Origin: Anthoceros angustus
Taxonomy: Eukaryota; Plantae; Anthocerotophyta
DNA: 64,000 bases
Assembly (NCBI GenBank): GCA_010909165.1
Contig: VJWM01000227.1
Span: 124,001-188,000 of the forward strand
Reading direction: 5' to 3'
This document shows positions 26,528-38,545 of the stretch, in pieces. Numbering within the stretch: the stretch's first letter is position 1; each line of letters opens with the position of its first letter. Under the pieces are notes generated by a model. The model had not been told where the DNA came from, did not search any database, and saw nothing but the letters and a program-made list of their open reading frames with translations. A program made the position numbers and the translations under genes.

Positions 26528-29500
26528 GTTCTGCGTGGTAGTAGGCAAAGTCTGAGTCGACTTGCTGGATTGCCTCTTCCACATGCGCCCGAGCACCCGA
26601 TACTCCCTTCGCCATAGGTGCTCGGCGGTCTCGAGCCCTCTCCGCTTCCTCCGCTCACTGCTCCATCTCGGATTCGCTAATCGGAGGGCGGACTCTCGTG
26701 AGGCCACCAAGGAGGCCTCCGTCACTTCCTTGCCACGCCTCCGCCTGCTCCATCTCCCTCATGCACCTCGGCCCGGCTTTCTGCCGGGCGCAATGCTCCC
26801 CTCCGCCTTCCTCGGTGGACGTGACTTCTTCTCTACCTTCCAGGGCCCTCGCTCCTCCGTTCATCCTGGCTTGAAGCTCCGCCATCTCCCAGGCGGTCCG
26901 GCAACTCCGCCCGGTTCCTTGCTTCATCTAGGTCCTTCTCCATTTCGGCGACGTCCTGCTCCTTGTTCCATCGCCGCACCTCCTCCGCCCTCCAACAGAC
27001 CTGGAGTCGCTCTATCTCCCGCTCATGATCAGCGATCACGCCCCGAAGAGCCCCGTTCCGCTCAATCGTGTCTTGGAGCTGCAGCTCCAAGGTCTCCTTG
27101 CGGTCCTCCATCTCCTGCCGCTGTTCCTCCGCTCCACGGCGGGCAGGAGTCCTCTATCTCGGTTCTGGCCTCCTCTCCTACTGCCTGCAGTCAGTGCACT
27201 GCTCATGCCGTTTGTTACGCCTTTAAATTGGCGCGGTACATTCCTGCCGTCTCCCTCCACGGGTTCCGATCCCGTCGGTAATGGTCTCGGTCGGTTTTAG
27301 CTGCGGCTTCAGCCTCCCGCGCCCCCTTCACCTAAGCCTCCCAGGCTTGGTGTTGCTCCTGCCGAGCCGCCTCGGCCAGGTCTCGGGCCCTCTCCGCTTC
27401 CGGCGCTTTCCCTCCTCTCCTGCCGCCTCTCTCCGCCTGCAGAGGTCCTCTGCCCGAGCTTGGGCCTCTACTTTGCTTGTTATTCGCCTGGTGAAGGATC
27501 TTGTCCGGTCTTCTTGAGCAGACGGACCTCCTCTCCGCTTCCCGGCGCTTTCCCTCCTCGATTCGGGCGAGGGACTCCGCCTTCTTCTTGGCCGCTTGGG
27601 CCGCCTCCACCTCCACAGGCACCATATGCCTCACAGGTGGCCTCCACTTCTGGGTCTTCTCACTGGGAAGCAGAGACCCAGGCATCACTGGTCATGGCGG
27701 TTGCCAAAACTCCCTTGGCGTTCCTCCACGGCCACTTGAGACACCAGAAGTCCGTTGTGGAGTGCAGGCGTGTGGCGGTCCGTAAGGGCATCGCTGATCG
27801 GGAGTCCGAGGGCCAGGCTCTCCGGTTTGATTAGGACCCTCGGGGTCCCCAGTACCAAGTCCGTCCTTCCACCTCCTTGGCCCGTTTGGCCGCTAACTCC
27901 TTCTCCGCCCGTCTTCGTTTGGGGCTCGGAGGTGGTGAGGGGGTCCTGGAGCTGGCTCGCTTGCCCCTTCCTGTCGGAGACAGGACTGGCTCCGGGTGTG
28001 GTTGCTGCCAGTGGCCCCTGCGCCTTGGGCGGCATCCCGCTCCGCCCTTCTTACGGCTTCCTCCGCCTCCTGCCACTCCGTAGGTAGGGGCAGAGGAACC
28101 GGTGCGCTCCTTGGCGCTTCATTGGTGGGAGCCGTCTTCCGCCTCTTGACGACTCTCCTCGTCCGGCGAGGCTCCGCTGCTGGGGCCGTGGTGGGTTGCT
28201 GGCTAGCGGGCGCCGCAATCGCCAGTTCTCTCCCGTAGGTGCTCCGTCCGGCACAGGGAGCTCCGCTGCCGGAACCAAAAGAAGGGAGGCGGGAATATCC
28301 TCCCATACCTCCCTGGGCGGCGAGGGGGTCCGTTCCAATTGTATGGAATCCGGAATTCCTTCCCAATCGTCGTCCTCCCGGGCCCGTTTGGCCTTAGGAG
28401 GTCGGACCTCCGCCTCTGGCGCCTTCCCTCCTTCACGCTCCGCCTCTGGCAAGGCTGCCAGCCCTTTCCTGAGCGCTCGCTCCTCCTCTCCCTCCTTCAG
28501 GAGGTTGAGGTGTTCCCATACATCGCCCGGATCAACCAGGAGGCCAAGAAGGTACGGAGCGAGAAGCCGCCTCCGTCAGCACTATCGCCCTTCCTCATCC
28601 GCCCCTAGTCGGCCCTCTTCCCCCGCTGTAGAGCGTGAAGGAACACCAAAAGGTTGTCACCAAGGTGATCCACCTTGGTGAGCATGTTCCAGTGGACAAT
28701 GACCTTGGCCTTCTTGCCTCACTTGTCCAGCCCGGTCAGGCATTAACCAGCCGTTGGATGACTGTTGCGTCCCTGGCCTCAACATTGCCGCCTTTGCCGC
28801 CTCTACCCTTCCCCTCACCTTGAGGGGCTCCGGGACTACGCCCCTAATTTCTTCCACTGGGCGGTTGTAAACCGCCCTCAGGACCTCCACGGTCCACCTC
28901 CTGGGGTCCTCCCTCAGGCTCTTGGAGCGAACCTTCTTGTTGGCGACTGCCAACATCTTCCGAGCGTACTCTGGGGCGAGTTCTGACATCAAACATCCAT
29001 CCTTGGCGAAGATGTCCAGGTGCCATTGCTCCACTAGCTCCTCCGCTTCCTCCAGCCAGGGCCCGAAGTCGGGGTATCGCTTGGTGACGATGTTGCGCTC
29101 CACCAAGCGCTAGGGCTCCCACACTTCCGCCGCCTTCTTGGGTCCCATTGCCGCGCTCTTTCCGCTCCGCTGTTGGAAGTTGTGGCTCAACACTCTTCTG
29201 TCTTCCTGTCGCTGCGTTGGTCGCTCCAACCACGAGGGTGAGCCGCGTGCGAGAGTGCCTGGGCGCTCGAAAAGACAACGCCAGAGAGCTGGGTGTCTGG
29301 CGAGGCTGGCCTGTCGCGAGGTCACTGGGAAGAATGACCTTAGCTCCGGTCCGCGACGTCGAGTAGCCCGGCAGGCGGGCGTCTCTTGTTGCCGTGTTAG
29401 CGGAGGCCGCATGGCTTACTCTAGCCTTCTGTTGGCCTTGCATCTTAGGCTCATTGAAAATGACTACCCTCGAGGCTCTTGGAGCGAACCTTCTTGTTGG

Positions 29501-29965
29501 CCTGTGCGGGCGTGAATACACACTATAACGGCCACTGGCAACCCTACGGTCCTGGTCCGTTGCATGCTCGTTCACCTCTCGATCTGGTCCACGTGGCCCG
29601 TGCGCCTAAAATCGCTCCGACTCCTAAGTTACTTTACTTGGCGTGCTTATCCGTCACGCTCGAGTGTAGTCCGGACTTACCACCGTGCTCGGATGCTGAT
29701 CTATATCCACTCAGTGTGGGTATTGGCTCGTCTCGAGTGCGGTCCGGGCCCCTCCGGAGTGCGGTCCGAAGCCCCTCCGGAGTGCGATCCGGAGCCCCTC
29801 TGCCTACTCCGGAGTGCGATCCGGAGCCCCTCTGCCTACTCCGAAGTGCAGTCCGGAGTACCTCGACCTTATTTCTCCCTTTCCGCCTTATTTTCTACTC
29901 CGCGCCTACGAAAAAAAACAAAACCTAGCTCATTTCCTACCCAAGGGGAGAGTCCGTGGCCCACA
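26528..29965 (-). mobile_element. GC-rich element fragment with a frameshifted orphan ORF (conserved N-terminal domain plus coiled coil) and short tandem repeats; resembles the extra-ORF region of Tat/Retand-type Gypsy elements
   Basis: ORF pieces MGPKKAAEVWEP, 28657-29106 and 26833-27111 (EQDVAEMEKDLDEARNRAELPDRL). Repeats tccggagtgcgatccggagcccc lie at ~29735-29860. Homologous to 18433+ and 33300-34260. The family assignment is inference. Confidence 0.6.
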
Positions 29966-30400
29966 CTGCTCTAGAAAGGACAGCATTTTGGTAGTCACAG
30001 ATAGGTTCTCCAAAGTCTGTCATTTCATACTTGTCACTTCCACCATCACTGCACCCAAACTAGCTACAGTGTTCCTCCAAGAGATTTTCCGGTTACACGG
30101 TACACCTGAAGACATAGTTTCTGATAGGGACACCAAGTTCACATCGGGCTTCTGGCGTAATTTCATGGAAACCTTGGGCATCAAACAAAACATGTCGTCA
30201 GCCATCAGTCCCGCATTGATTCACAAGCGCGACAAGCTCACCTACTGTTTTGCAGGGCCCTTCCACGTTGCGAAACGCAGCAACAAGGTCGCATATCAGC
30301 TCGACTTGCCCTCAAACTGGTGCCTCTACAAGTCATTCCATGTCTCCATGCTTAAGCTAGTGAGCCGCCGTCGACCTGACCTTGCTCATCCGATAGGCAC
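29966..30400 (+). pseudogene. Gypsy integrase fragment, internally deleted
   Basis: DSILVVTDRFSKVCHFI..EIFRLHGTPEDIVSDRDTKFTSGFW..GPFHV..VAYQLDLP..FHVSMLK. Confidence 0.88.
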
Positions 30401-33299
30401 ACCGAGTTCCAGCAGCGTGCCTCCCACAGGGACCGAGCTTAGCTCCACACAACCCACTAGTTCTGCAGTTCCCACCTCGGCGGTTAAAAATTCCGTTAAT
30501 TATATATCATACCGCGCACTACTTTCTAGTACATGCAACTTCAAGCTGGCCATGGACGCAATCTAATTGTGAAGTGCACTACCTATACAACTACATACAG
30601 TTTTTTTTGTGTGGATTTGAGCTCAATTAAATAGTGGAAAGGATACATTGGAGTGAGGTCACTCCGAATATTTGAATACTTCGAAAGAGTCTATGGGTGA
30701 TTGTACAAAGTCTAAAAAGGTTGTTTTCGCTTTAGAGACCAAGTTGCAACAAAGACCTTGCAACTACATACAGTTTCTTGCTAAAGCAGAGAGGAAGGAT
30801 ACAAAATGCCACCATTCTAAAGGTTAGACATGGAACCATTAAAAAAAAATGAAGAAATGGGTTCAGACTTGCCCGTTGCCCGCCCGCATCTTAGGCTCAT
30901 TGAAAATGACTACCCTCGAGACAGTGTTTGAAAGTATTCTCAGCATTGGCCCGGAAGGCAACCCAATCTGGATGTGATTTAAGAACTAATCTAATAAGAA
31001 ATTAACATAGCATTAACTAATCTTGCTAGATAATCCTAAGATGTGATTTTTATTTAAAATAATTTGAGTTAACTAATTCGAGCACTTAGAATCGTAGAGT
31101 TATGATTGAATAAGTTAGTTAATTCAACTATAAGTCTTATTCGTTTTTAACTCTAATTTTAACTTGCCTAAAAAGAGAGTTAAATTAATTAATTTATTCA
31201 GCTCTAGTGTGATGCTAACTCTAATTCTAACTGGCCTTTACATTACTATGTAACATTATATAGGATTCATTGAGCGAGACATTAAGGCACGAAACCTTCT
31301 TCCTTAGTATTCGGGTGGATTCACTCATACTAACAACCAGTCACAAATAACACACATATTGCCCGGTCAAAAATAATACTTTCTAAGTGGTCCGTTTTGA
31401 CAACATGGTTTTACATCTACCGGGTGGTCAATCTTACATGGCATGATCGAGGTGTGTCACTTTGCATTCACTATTATGTCATGTGACACTAATCTCTGCA
31501 CTTGGGTTTAGTGTTTGATAAGCATTAATTAATCCAATTACTTATCTTTAAGTAAGTAATTAGTATTAATAATCTAAAGTGCTTATGTTAATTGAACGTT
31601 GATTAGTGTTAATTAAACATGGTTAGCAATAGCTAAGTGGATAAGCACAAGTAATATGCTTTAGCATATTCCTTGCATATTACAGTGTATTCTTAACATA
31701 TTTTACGGCATATCGATGCCCATAGGATATCTTAGGAATATCGATGCAGGGCTAGGATATATATAAACCCTTTCACAGAGAACAAGCTCGGATCATAGCT
31801 TGTCCTCTAGATATGCAATGCAAGAGTGTTGTGAGGAGGCCAAAACTATGACTCCGAGAGCGATGTGTGAGGAATTTGCATGTTGTTCTTGTGGGGAGAG
31901 TGTGTTTGTGTCACAACGTGCGAGCTCCTCTCTCATATTGTTATTGGTTTGCACCTATACTTGCGTATTAGATTTGTTTTGTTTGCTTGTCTGTTGAGGA
32001 AGTGCTCATATGAATGCAAGTGCCTACCTCATGCGACAGCACTCAAAAGGCTAAGTGCAAATTGACACACCCGTCGATCGGAGAGCGGCATAAGCTTTTT
32101 TTGGAAGTAGCTCTGACATTAGTTTATGCCATGTACCTAATTATTTGTCTTCATTTAAGAAAATATTTTACTTAGGGTATACGACATAAGAATTAAAAAG
32201 GTTTTACTTACGGTATGCGGCATAAGCTTTTGAAAATTCCAAAAGCTTATACCAAATACCCTAATTATTTTTTCTTTTCCTAAGAAAACATACATCTTGC
32301 ATTTACGACATTGGTATTTTAGTTTTTTGGGGTTTGGATGTGTGAAACATCAAGTTGGTCGTATTTTTGACCACCATCAACGAACCTTACATGGCCTTTT
32401 TGACCACCCCTAACAAACATGGTCTGACCTTTTTGACCACCTGTGGCGCGACTTTCGGTGATGGTCAGCCGGGCGCGCACAATCCCGTGTCGTTGTAGCA
32501 AGGGGTCCGTTCCCAAGAGAATGATAGGCTCCGTTTGATGCGTTCCAACCGTTTCTCACCTCAACGTCGTGACCGTTTCCGACTCAAACTCACGCATTCA
32601 CCGATTCACAACTAACTACTCGTAACATTCACCGAACAGGCCCGGCGCGGCCAAACGTTTAAGGACTCGTTTGCGTCCGTAACACTCCGATCCGTCACTC
32701 GTTCATCTAGTCCGATCTCCTCACCACTCTCACTACGTTCATTGTCTTGGGAAAAAGGTGGGTGGGCTGCTTGGTTCGGACCTCCTCCGTCGTTCCGCCG
32801 GGCCACCCCGTCTGGGCTCTGCATGCCCTCCCGGTTCCCCACCACGCTCGGCCCGTCAGCGCGCACGCCCGGGATGAGCAAGGGTCCCGAATCGTCCACC
32901 CCTGCACACACCACCACACGTTAGGGTCCGTCACCGTCGATCTCTGGAGTCGGGCACCTTTCGATGACTCAGGACTCACGTTAGCAAAAAGACGCACAAG
33001 TGTCTGCAAGAAAACGTGGTATCCACCCCAAGAGAAAGATGCTTTACTGGAGAAACTCCGGCCCTCTTATACTACGCCCCAGGTCGGCGTCTTTTTATTA
33101 TGCGGGGGCCATTTCGTATACCTAATCAGCCGCCTACTATCTTCCCCCCCCTCCGCCTATCTCCGTCGTCGGCGGTGGGCCTGGGGGTGCCCTTGGCTCC
33201 GCCTCGGCGCTGATGTCCTAATGCCTAGCCCTGGCAGTTGCGGCGCACCCAATCGGATGATCCGCGAGGCGTGGCCTCTTCCCCTTCCCGAGATCAAAG

Positions 33300-34260
33300 G
33301 CGCAAGCAAGGGCGGAGGACCTTTGCCGGAGGAGAGGAATGGCCCAAGAGGAGGCGGAGGAGGCACGCAGGCAGGCAGAGAGGGCCAAGGACTTGGCGGG
33401 CTTGACCGGACGAACCAAGCACAGGAGGCTCGGGTAAAGGCACGCAGGCGAGGCCTGCCAAGACAGACAGGGATCACTACCGACGGGACAAAAACCGGTG
33501 GAGAGAGGCGGCAGGAGTAGCCATGGCCAACTGAGGCGGAGGCGGCCCATGACGGCAGGTGTCCGTGAGGAAATGGAGGCCAGCACCGAGCTAGAGATCT
33601 CGTGTATAGGCTGAGAGGAGGAGGCGGAAGGAGACCTTGGAGCTACGACGAGTGATGGAGGCGGAAGGAGACCTTGGAGCTACAGCTTCGAGTGATGGAG
33701 GAGCGGAACGAGGATCCAAGGGAGGATCGAGGACCACTAGCGGGAGATCGAGCGGCTCCACCTCTGGAGGGTGGAGGAAAGTCATCGGCGAAGTAAGGAG
33801 CAGGATATCGCCGAGTTGGAAAGGGAATTGGAGGAAGTCAGGCGCCGGGCGGAGTTGCCGGAACGCCTGGAACAAGACATGGTGGCCCTCCGAGCAAAGA
33901 TGGACGGAGGAGAGAGAGCTCTGAGGGAAGAGCAAAAGTTACTGGTCCGTTTGCGGAAGGCGGAAGGAGAACGCGAGTCTTTGGCCAGCAAGTTAGCCGT
34001 GCTGCAGAGGCAGCGAGAGGAGGAGCGAGCAGAGGAGCAGCGGAGGGTTCAGGAAGTGGCGGAGGCGGCCTTGGCAGCCACAAGGGACTCAGCCAGACTT
34101 CGTCTTGGTGACCTTGCGACTGAAACAGCGCAGCAGGCAACTCGACATGCCCAGTTGCCAGAGAACCTCTGGAGCCGTGAGTATCGGGTGCTCCATGCTC
34201 ATGTAGAGGAGGCCATCTAGCAGGTCGACTCCGACTTCGCATATTATCATGCGGAGCTCC
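33300..34260 (+). pseudogene. C-terminal coiled-coil part of the orphan TE ORF family
   Basis: KEQDIAELERELEEVRRRAELPERL..LWSREYRVLHAHVEEAI matches 26530-27400 on the minus strand. Confidence 0.65.
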
Positions 34261-34604
34261 TTAAGGCGGTGGAGGTAGTACATCACACAGGGCAAATTGA
34301 AGGGCCGCCGGAGGAGTCAGAAGGAGCGTGGAGGCGAGGCACAGGGGACCCAGGCGAGGATTGGGCCGCCACGGAACCATGGGGGCGCCTGCTCGGGACG
34401 AGAGCATGGGGGAAGGAGAGCACCCGGACGAAAGGGATACGGTGGACGCCACAGGACAAGAGGTAGGCCCGCCGCACACCACAAGGGAAGAAGGAGAGGG
34501 GGACCCCGAGCGAGTCAGGGAAGGAGAAGTCCAGGGGAATCTGGGAAAGGAAGGGGGTCCGATGGGTTAAGACAGACCCCCAGAGAAAAATCTGGGCGAG
34601 GGTG

Positions 34605-35165
34605 CCCAGGAACCCGGGAGACCGGACCCTGAGGTCCGGACTCCGGAAGCGAAGCCGGACCCTAAGGTCCGGACTCGGCGAGGCCGGACCGAGGTCCGGA
34701 CTCTGAGCGAGCCGAACCAGGTCCGGACTCCAGCGAGCCGAACCCCAGGTCCGGACTCGAGCCGAACCCGAGGTCCGGACTCGAGCCGAACCCCGAGGTC
34801 CGGACTCAAGCGAGCCGAACCAGTCCGGACTCGGCGAGGCCGGACCGAGGTCCGGACTCGGAAGCGGACCCCGAGGTCCGGACTCCTGAAGCGAGCCGAA
34901 CCCCAGGTCCGGACTCTGGCGAGCCCGAACCCCGAGGTCCGGACTCGGAAGCCGGACCCCGAGTCCGGACTCAAGCGAGCCGAACCGGTCCGGACTCTGA
35001 GCGAGCCGAACCGGTCCGGACTCGGCAAGGCGGGACCCCGAGGTCCAGACTCAGGAGGGGGAGAGGGTGGATGAGGGTCAGTCTCAACCCACCCAGGCAG
35101 AACGGGTTCCGAGGGGACCCAGGCGAGGACCCACCCAGGCGAGCCGAACCCGAGGTCAGACTGAG
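34605..35165 (+). repeat. Minisatellite, variable ~21-27 bp unit (gagccgaaccccgaggtccggactc)
   Basis: About 20 variant units, nearly all containing gtccggactc. Confidence 0.92.
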
Positions 35166-37561
35166 GAGGAGGACTTGGTGGTCACTTTGTGGTTGTCAGC
35201 CGCCCGATGGCGACTGGCAGGTCTCGGAAGAGGAGAGCCTCCGCATCGCGGATCATCCGATTGGGTGCGCCGCAATTTCCCAAGCTGAGGATTGGGCCGC
35301 CAGCGCCAGTAAAGGAATCCTAGTCATCCACAGCCCCACCGCCGTAGACGTAGATAGGGGGGAGATAGAGGATTGTAATAGGAGTGTAATAAAGACCCCC
35401 CCTCAGGACGTAGTATAAGAGGGTGGGCGCTGCTCCAGTAAAGCATCTTTCTTTTGGGGTTGATATCGCATTACCTTTGCTGGCCTTGTGCGTCCCTTGC
35501 TAACGCGAGTCCTCAGTCACTGAGCGAGCAAGACTACTCCGGAGAGACTGATCCCAGTCCTAGTGACGGACCCTAACACGTGGTGGTGTGTGTGTACAGG
35601 TGCGAATGACCACCGACCCCTGCTCCTCCCGAACAGTGGTCCGACGTCTGAGGGATCGGAGCGGGCGTGACTACTTGAACCCCCTAGAGGGTGTGCAAAG
35701 CCCGGAGGGGGGTGGAAACCTGGTGACGACTGAGGAGGTCCATAGCCCACGCAGACCCACCCGTGATTCCCTATTGGTAAGGTATGTAGTGAGTACGGTA
35801 GGAGAGAGAGAGGAGCGGAGTGTAAGATAGACTAGTCGGAACGGACGCAAACGAGTCCTTAAACGTTTGGCCAAGCCGGGCCTGTCCGGTGGACGCATAG
35901 AAGTAACTAGGAAGTGGCAACGACTGTGTTAGGGTCTGCGATAGATACCTTCCCCAACGACGGGGTGAGAAACGAGCCACGAGCGTGCAAAAAACGGAAC
36001 AAATCATTCCCTATGGAACGGACCCATTACAGCAACGACACGGGACTAGTGTGCGCCCGGCTGGCCATCAGCGAAAGACGTGTCACATGCACCAACCTTT
36101 CATTCATACTAATCAATCCTAAGACTATACTCTCGCTCTGGGAATTTTACAGGACTTTGTTTCTTAGACATTGGGACAATAATATCTTCATTGACCTGAT
36201 GCTCTTGATCCGCGTGCAGTGCGAGAATGAGAATGACATGGTCTGCACTTGGAGCTGGGCCCACGCCAAACGTCTCAAGATTCAAAAGATGCCAAAGGTT
36301 CTCACTACTAGTTCAAAGTTTTAACCACTAGAAAAAATAAGGGCTAAGTAAAAATAAGTTTGGATACGTTTGGCTTTGGCGAAGCCCAAGGTGGAGACCC
36401 GACGGATCTTCCTCTTGCTAGTACATATCCACATTAGGGAGATGCACAGAAAAGGTTGAAAGGAACCCTTTAAAACAACAAAAATATAAAAAAAACCAAA
36501 AAAAATCAAAAAAATCAAAAATTTAGGGCAAGTGTGCGCACTTGTCCGCACACTTGCCTCAAAAAATTGGACTTTTTTGGGATTTTTAAATTTTCTGCTC
36601 TTTTTTTCTTTAGATAAACCGTCTGGGAATGCATTAGGAGGCATGAAACCATATGGGTTCATGCTCTTAGGCCCTTCTTGACCTTGGGTACATGCACTTG
36701 TGCCCGCACCTGGGCCTCCTTGCCCCTTGGTGCGTGCACAAGTCTTGTGACTGGCTCCCTGCCCCAGTGCGCGCTGGCGCACACAGGCCTCCTGCCCTTG
36801 GTGCACGCACAAGTGCGCACAGGCCTGCCCCTAGTGCACGCACTTGTTCACCTGGGCCCCACAGCATGTTTGATGATAACCGGTGCATCACTGAAATGAC
36901 GAAAACACCGTAAAGGATAAAAAGGGGATAGGGTGTTCTTCGTCGTATTAGGGCATAGGATAGATATATGAGAGTGGTCTAGGTGAACCTCCGCCAATGT
37001 CTACTACTTGTTATTTTGTCGGGAGTTCCGGTACATCCTCAGACCTCCAAAAGGACATGTTTCCCCATTAGAAGATCATTTTTCACGTTCTTTTTGCACA
37101 ATACGTGCACAAGTTTGCGCATAGCGTTGTTTAGACACGCACTTATGCGGGCCTAGGCCCCCCTTGTATACAAAACCATACAAAACCACACAAAATACAG
37201 AAACTACGGACATGACGAAATTATGGAACAATGAGGTCACTGGCCCTTCATCACACCGACTAAATCGCCATGAACCTGAGTTCAAGGTGCCAGCGCGGTG
37301 TAAATGACTCGACAGGAAGTAGTGCCGGAGCCGATAATGCCTGAAACCAATGGATGAACACCTACAAAAACCAATAAAAACGAAACCAACTTCATTTTCC
37401 GGCGAAATAGGGTTGGGATTTTTTTCTAAACCCCTTTTGATAGGAGAAACCCCTTTCTACATAGATGATGTTAGTTCTCATATCGCTTTTGACCACCCCA
37501 AACAAATTTGACACAAGGTCATGACTAGGCAAGTACATTTAAAATATGTGAATCCACGCTT

Positions 37562-37691
37562 CTTTGTACAATGTATGTACAAAGATAACTCACCCTCCTT
37601 TGTACATATGTACAAAAATGACTCACCCTCCTTTGTACATATGTACAAAGATGACTCACCCTCCTTTGTACATATGTACAAAGATGACTCA
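37562..37691. repeat. 33-bp tandem repeat (~4 units) containing the palindrome CTTTGTACATATGTACAAAG and ATGACTCA
   Basis: The unit is tgtacatatgtacaaagatgactcaccctcctt. It is flanked by ~55-bp imperfect direct repeats at ~37483 and ~37706. Confidence 0.9.
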
Positions 37692-38069
37692 CAATGATAG
37701 ACAACTCGCGCTTTTGACCACCCGAAACAAACCTGACATGAGGCCATGACTGAGCAAGTACATGTGTGTACAGTAGATGACTCAGTCGAGATGACTCAGA
37801 ATGACAGATGACTCACGTCTCATTAGTTAGACGATTCCAAGAGACTCACGTCTCATCAGTTAGAAGATTCCAAGAGAACATATAGCCGATGCACTCGTAC
37901 ACACAGTGCACCAAATGGACAAATACTCCTACCAACGGGCAAGTTCACCAAATATACAAGTACTCCCACCAACGGGCAAGTGGGCAAGTGGTCAGACTCT
38001 CCCATTATGTACCAAAGATTCGAGGTGAGCCTTTAGCCGTTGAGACTCTTACACACGATTCGTCATTGT

Positions 38070-38545
38070 CAGGTTCTCTCATCGTTGGGAGATTCGAAAT
38101 GAAAGTATAGCCATTTGTCAGACTCTCTCATCTTTGGGTATAGCCATTCGTTAGACTCTCTCATCTTTCGGAGATTCCATGTGAACGTATAGCCATTTGT
38201 TAGGCTCTCTCATCGTTGGGAGATTCCAAGTGAATGTATAGCCGTTGGGATGCTTACACACGATTCATGAGTATTCTAGGTATAAAAAGGTAAGAAGTTC
38301 CCACACGAAATATGCGAGTGCCCCAAGTGGTCATGAACAATGTGTACCATGCTTTGATAATATGGTTGGGAGATTCCAAGTGAACGCATAGCCCCGTTGG
38401 GAAGCTTACACACGATTCATGAGTACTCTAAGTACACAAAGGTAAGAAGTTCCCACACGAAATACCTGAGTGTCCCAAGTGGTCATGAACAATATGTACC
38501 ATGCTTTGACAACATCGTTGGGAGATTCCAAGTAAACGTATACAT
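38070..38545. repeat. Nested direct repeats: ~40-60 bp units and a ~151-bp unit repeated twice
   Basis: ttgggagattccaagtgaa recurs at ~38216, 38366 and 38518, with the sequence between them duplicated. Confidence 0.85.

Larger units (their letters stand above)
17440..30450 (+). mobile_element. Disrupted Ty3/Gypsy (chromovirus-like) LTR retrotransposon hosting nested insertions
   Basis: A PBS-like site at 17926, gag at ~19217-21790, protease LLDSGAS..DLIIGKPWL at 21839-22480 and an integrase fragment at ~29966-30400. No RT/RNase H is visible. The outer limits are approximate. Confidence 0.75.
32442..36087. mobile_element. 3.6-kb unit bounded by long imperfect inverted repeats (~32442-33270 and ~35245-36087, TGT...ACA); probably two related LTR ends in opposite orientation
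   Basis: Collinear reverse-complement blocks include ggccaaacgtttaaggactcgtttgcgtccgt / acggacgcaaacgagtccttaaacgtttggcc and gcggcgcacccaatcggatgatccgcga / tcgcggatcatccgattgggtgcgccgc. No TSD was found. Confidence 0.75.

Noticed and set aside
31477-32070. Possible solo LTR (TG..CA ends, TATA at ~31758)
   Set aside because: No TSD, partner LTR or PBS could be found.
36325-37440. Possible CACTA element (CACTAGAAAAA start, gtgcac-rich repeats)
   Set aside because: No matching distal TIR or transposase is visible in the window.
34605-38545. CRISPR-like arrays (22-, 33- and 151-bp repeats)
   Set aside because: The units are tandem with no unique spacers, there are no cas genes, and the context is eukaryotic TE sequence.
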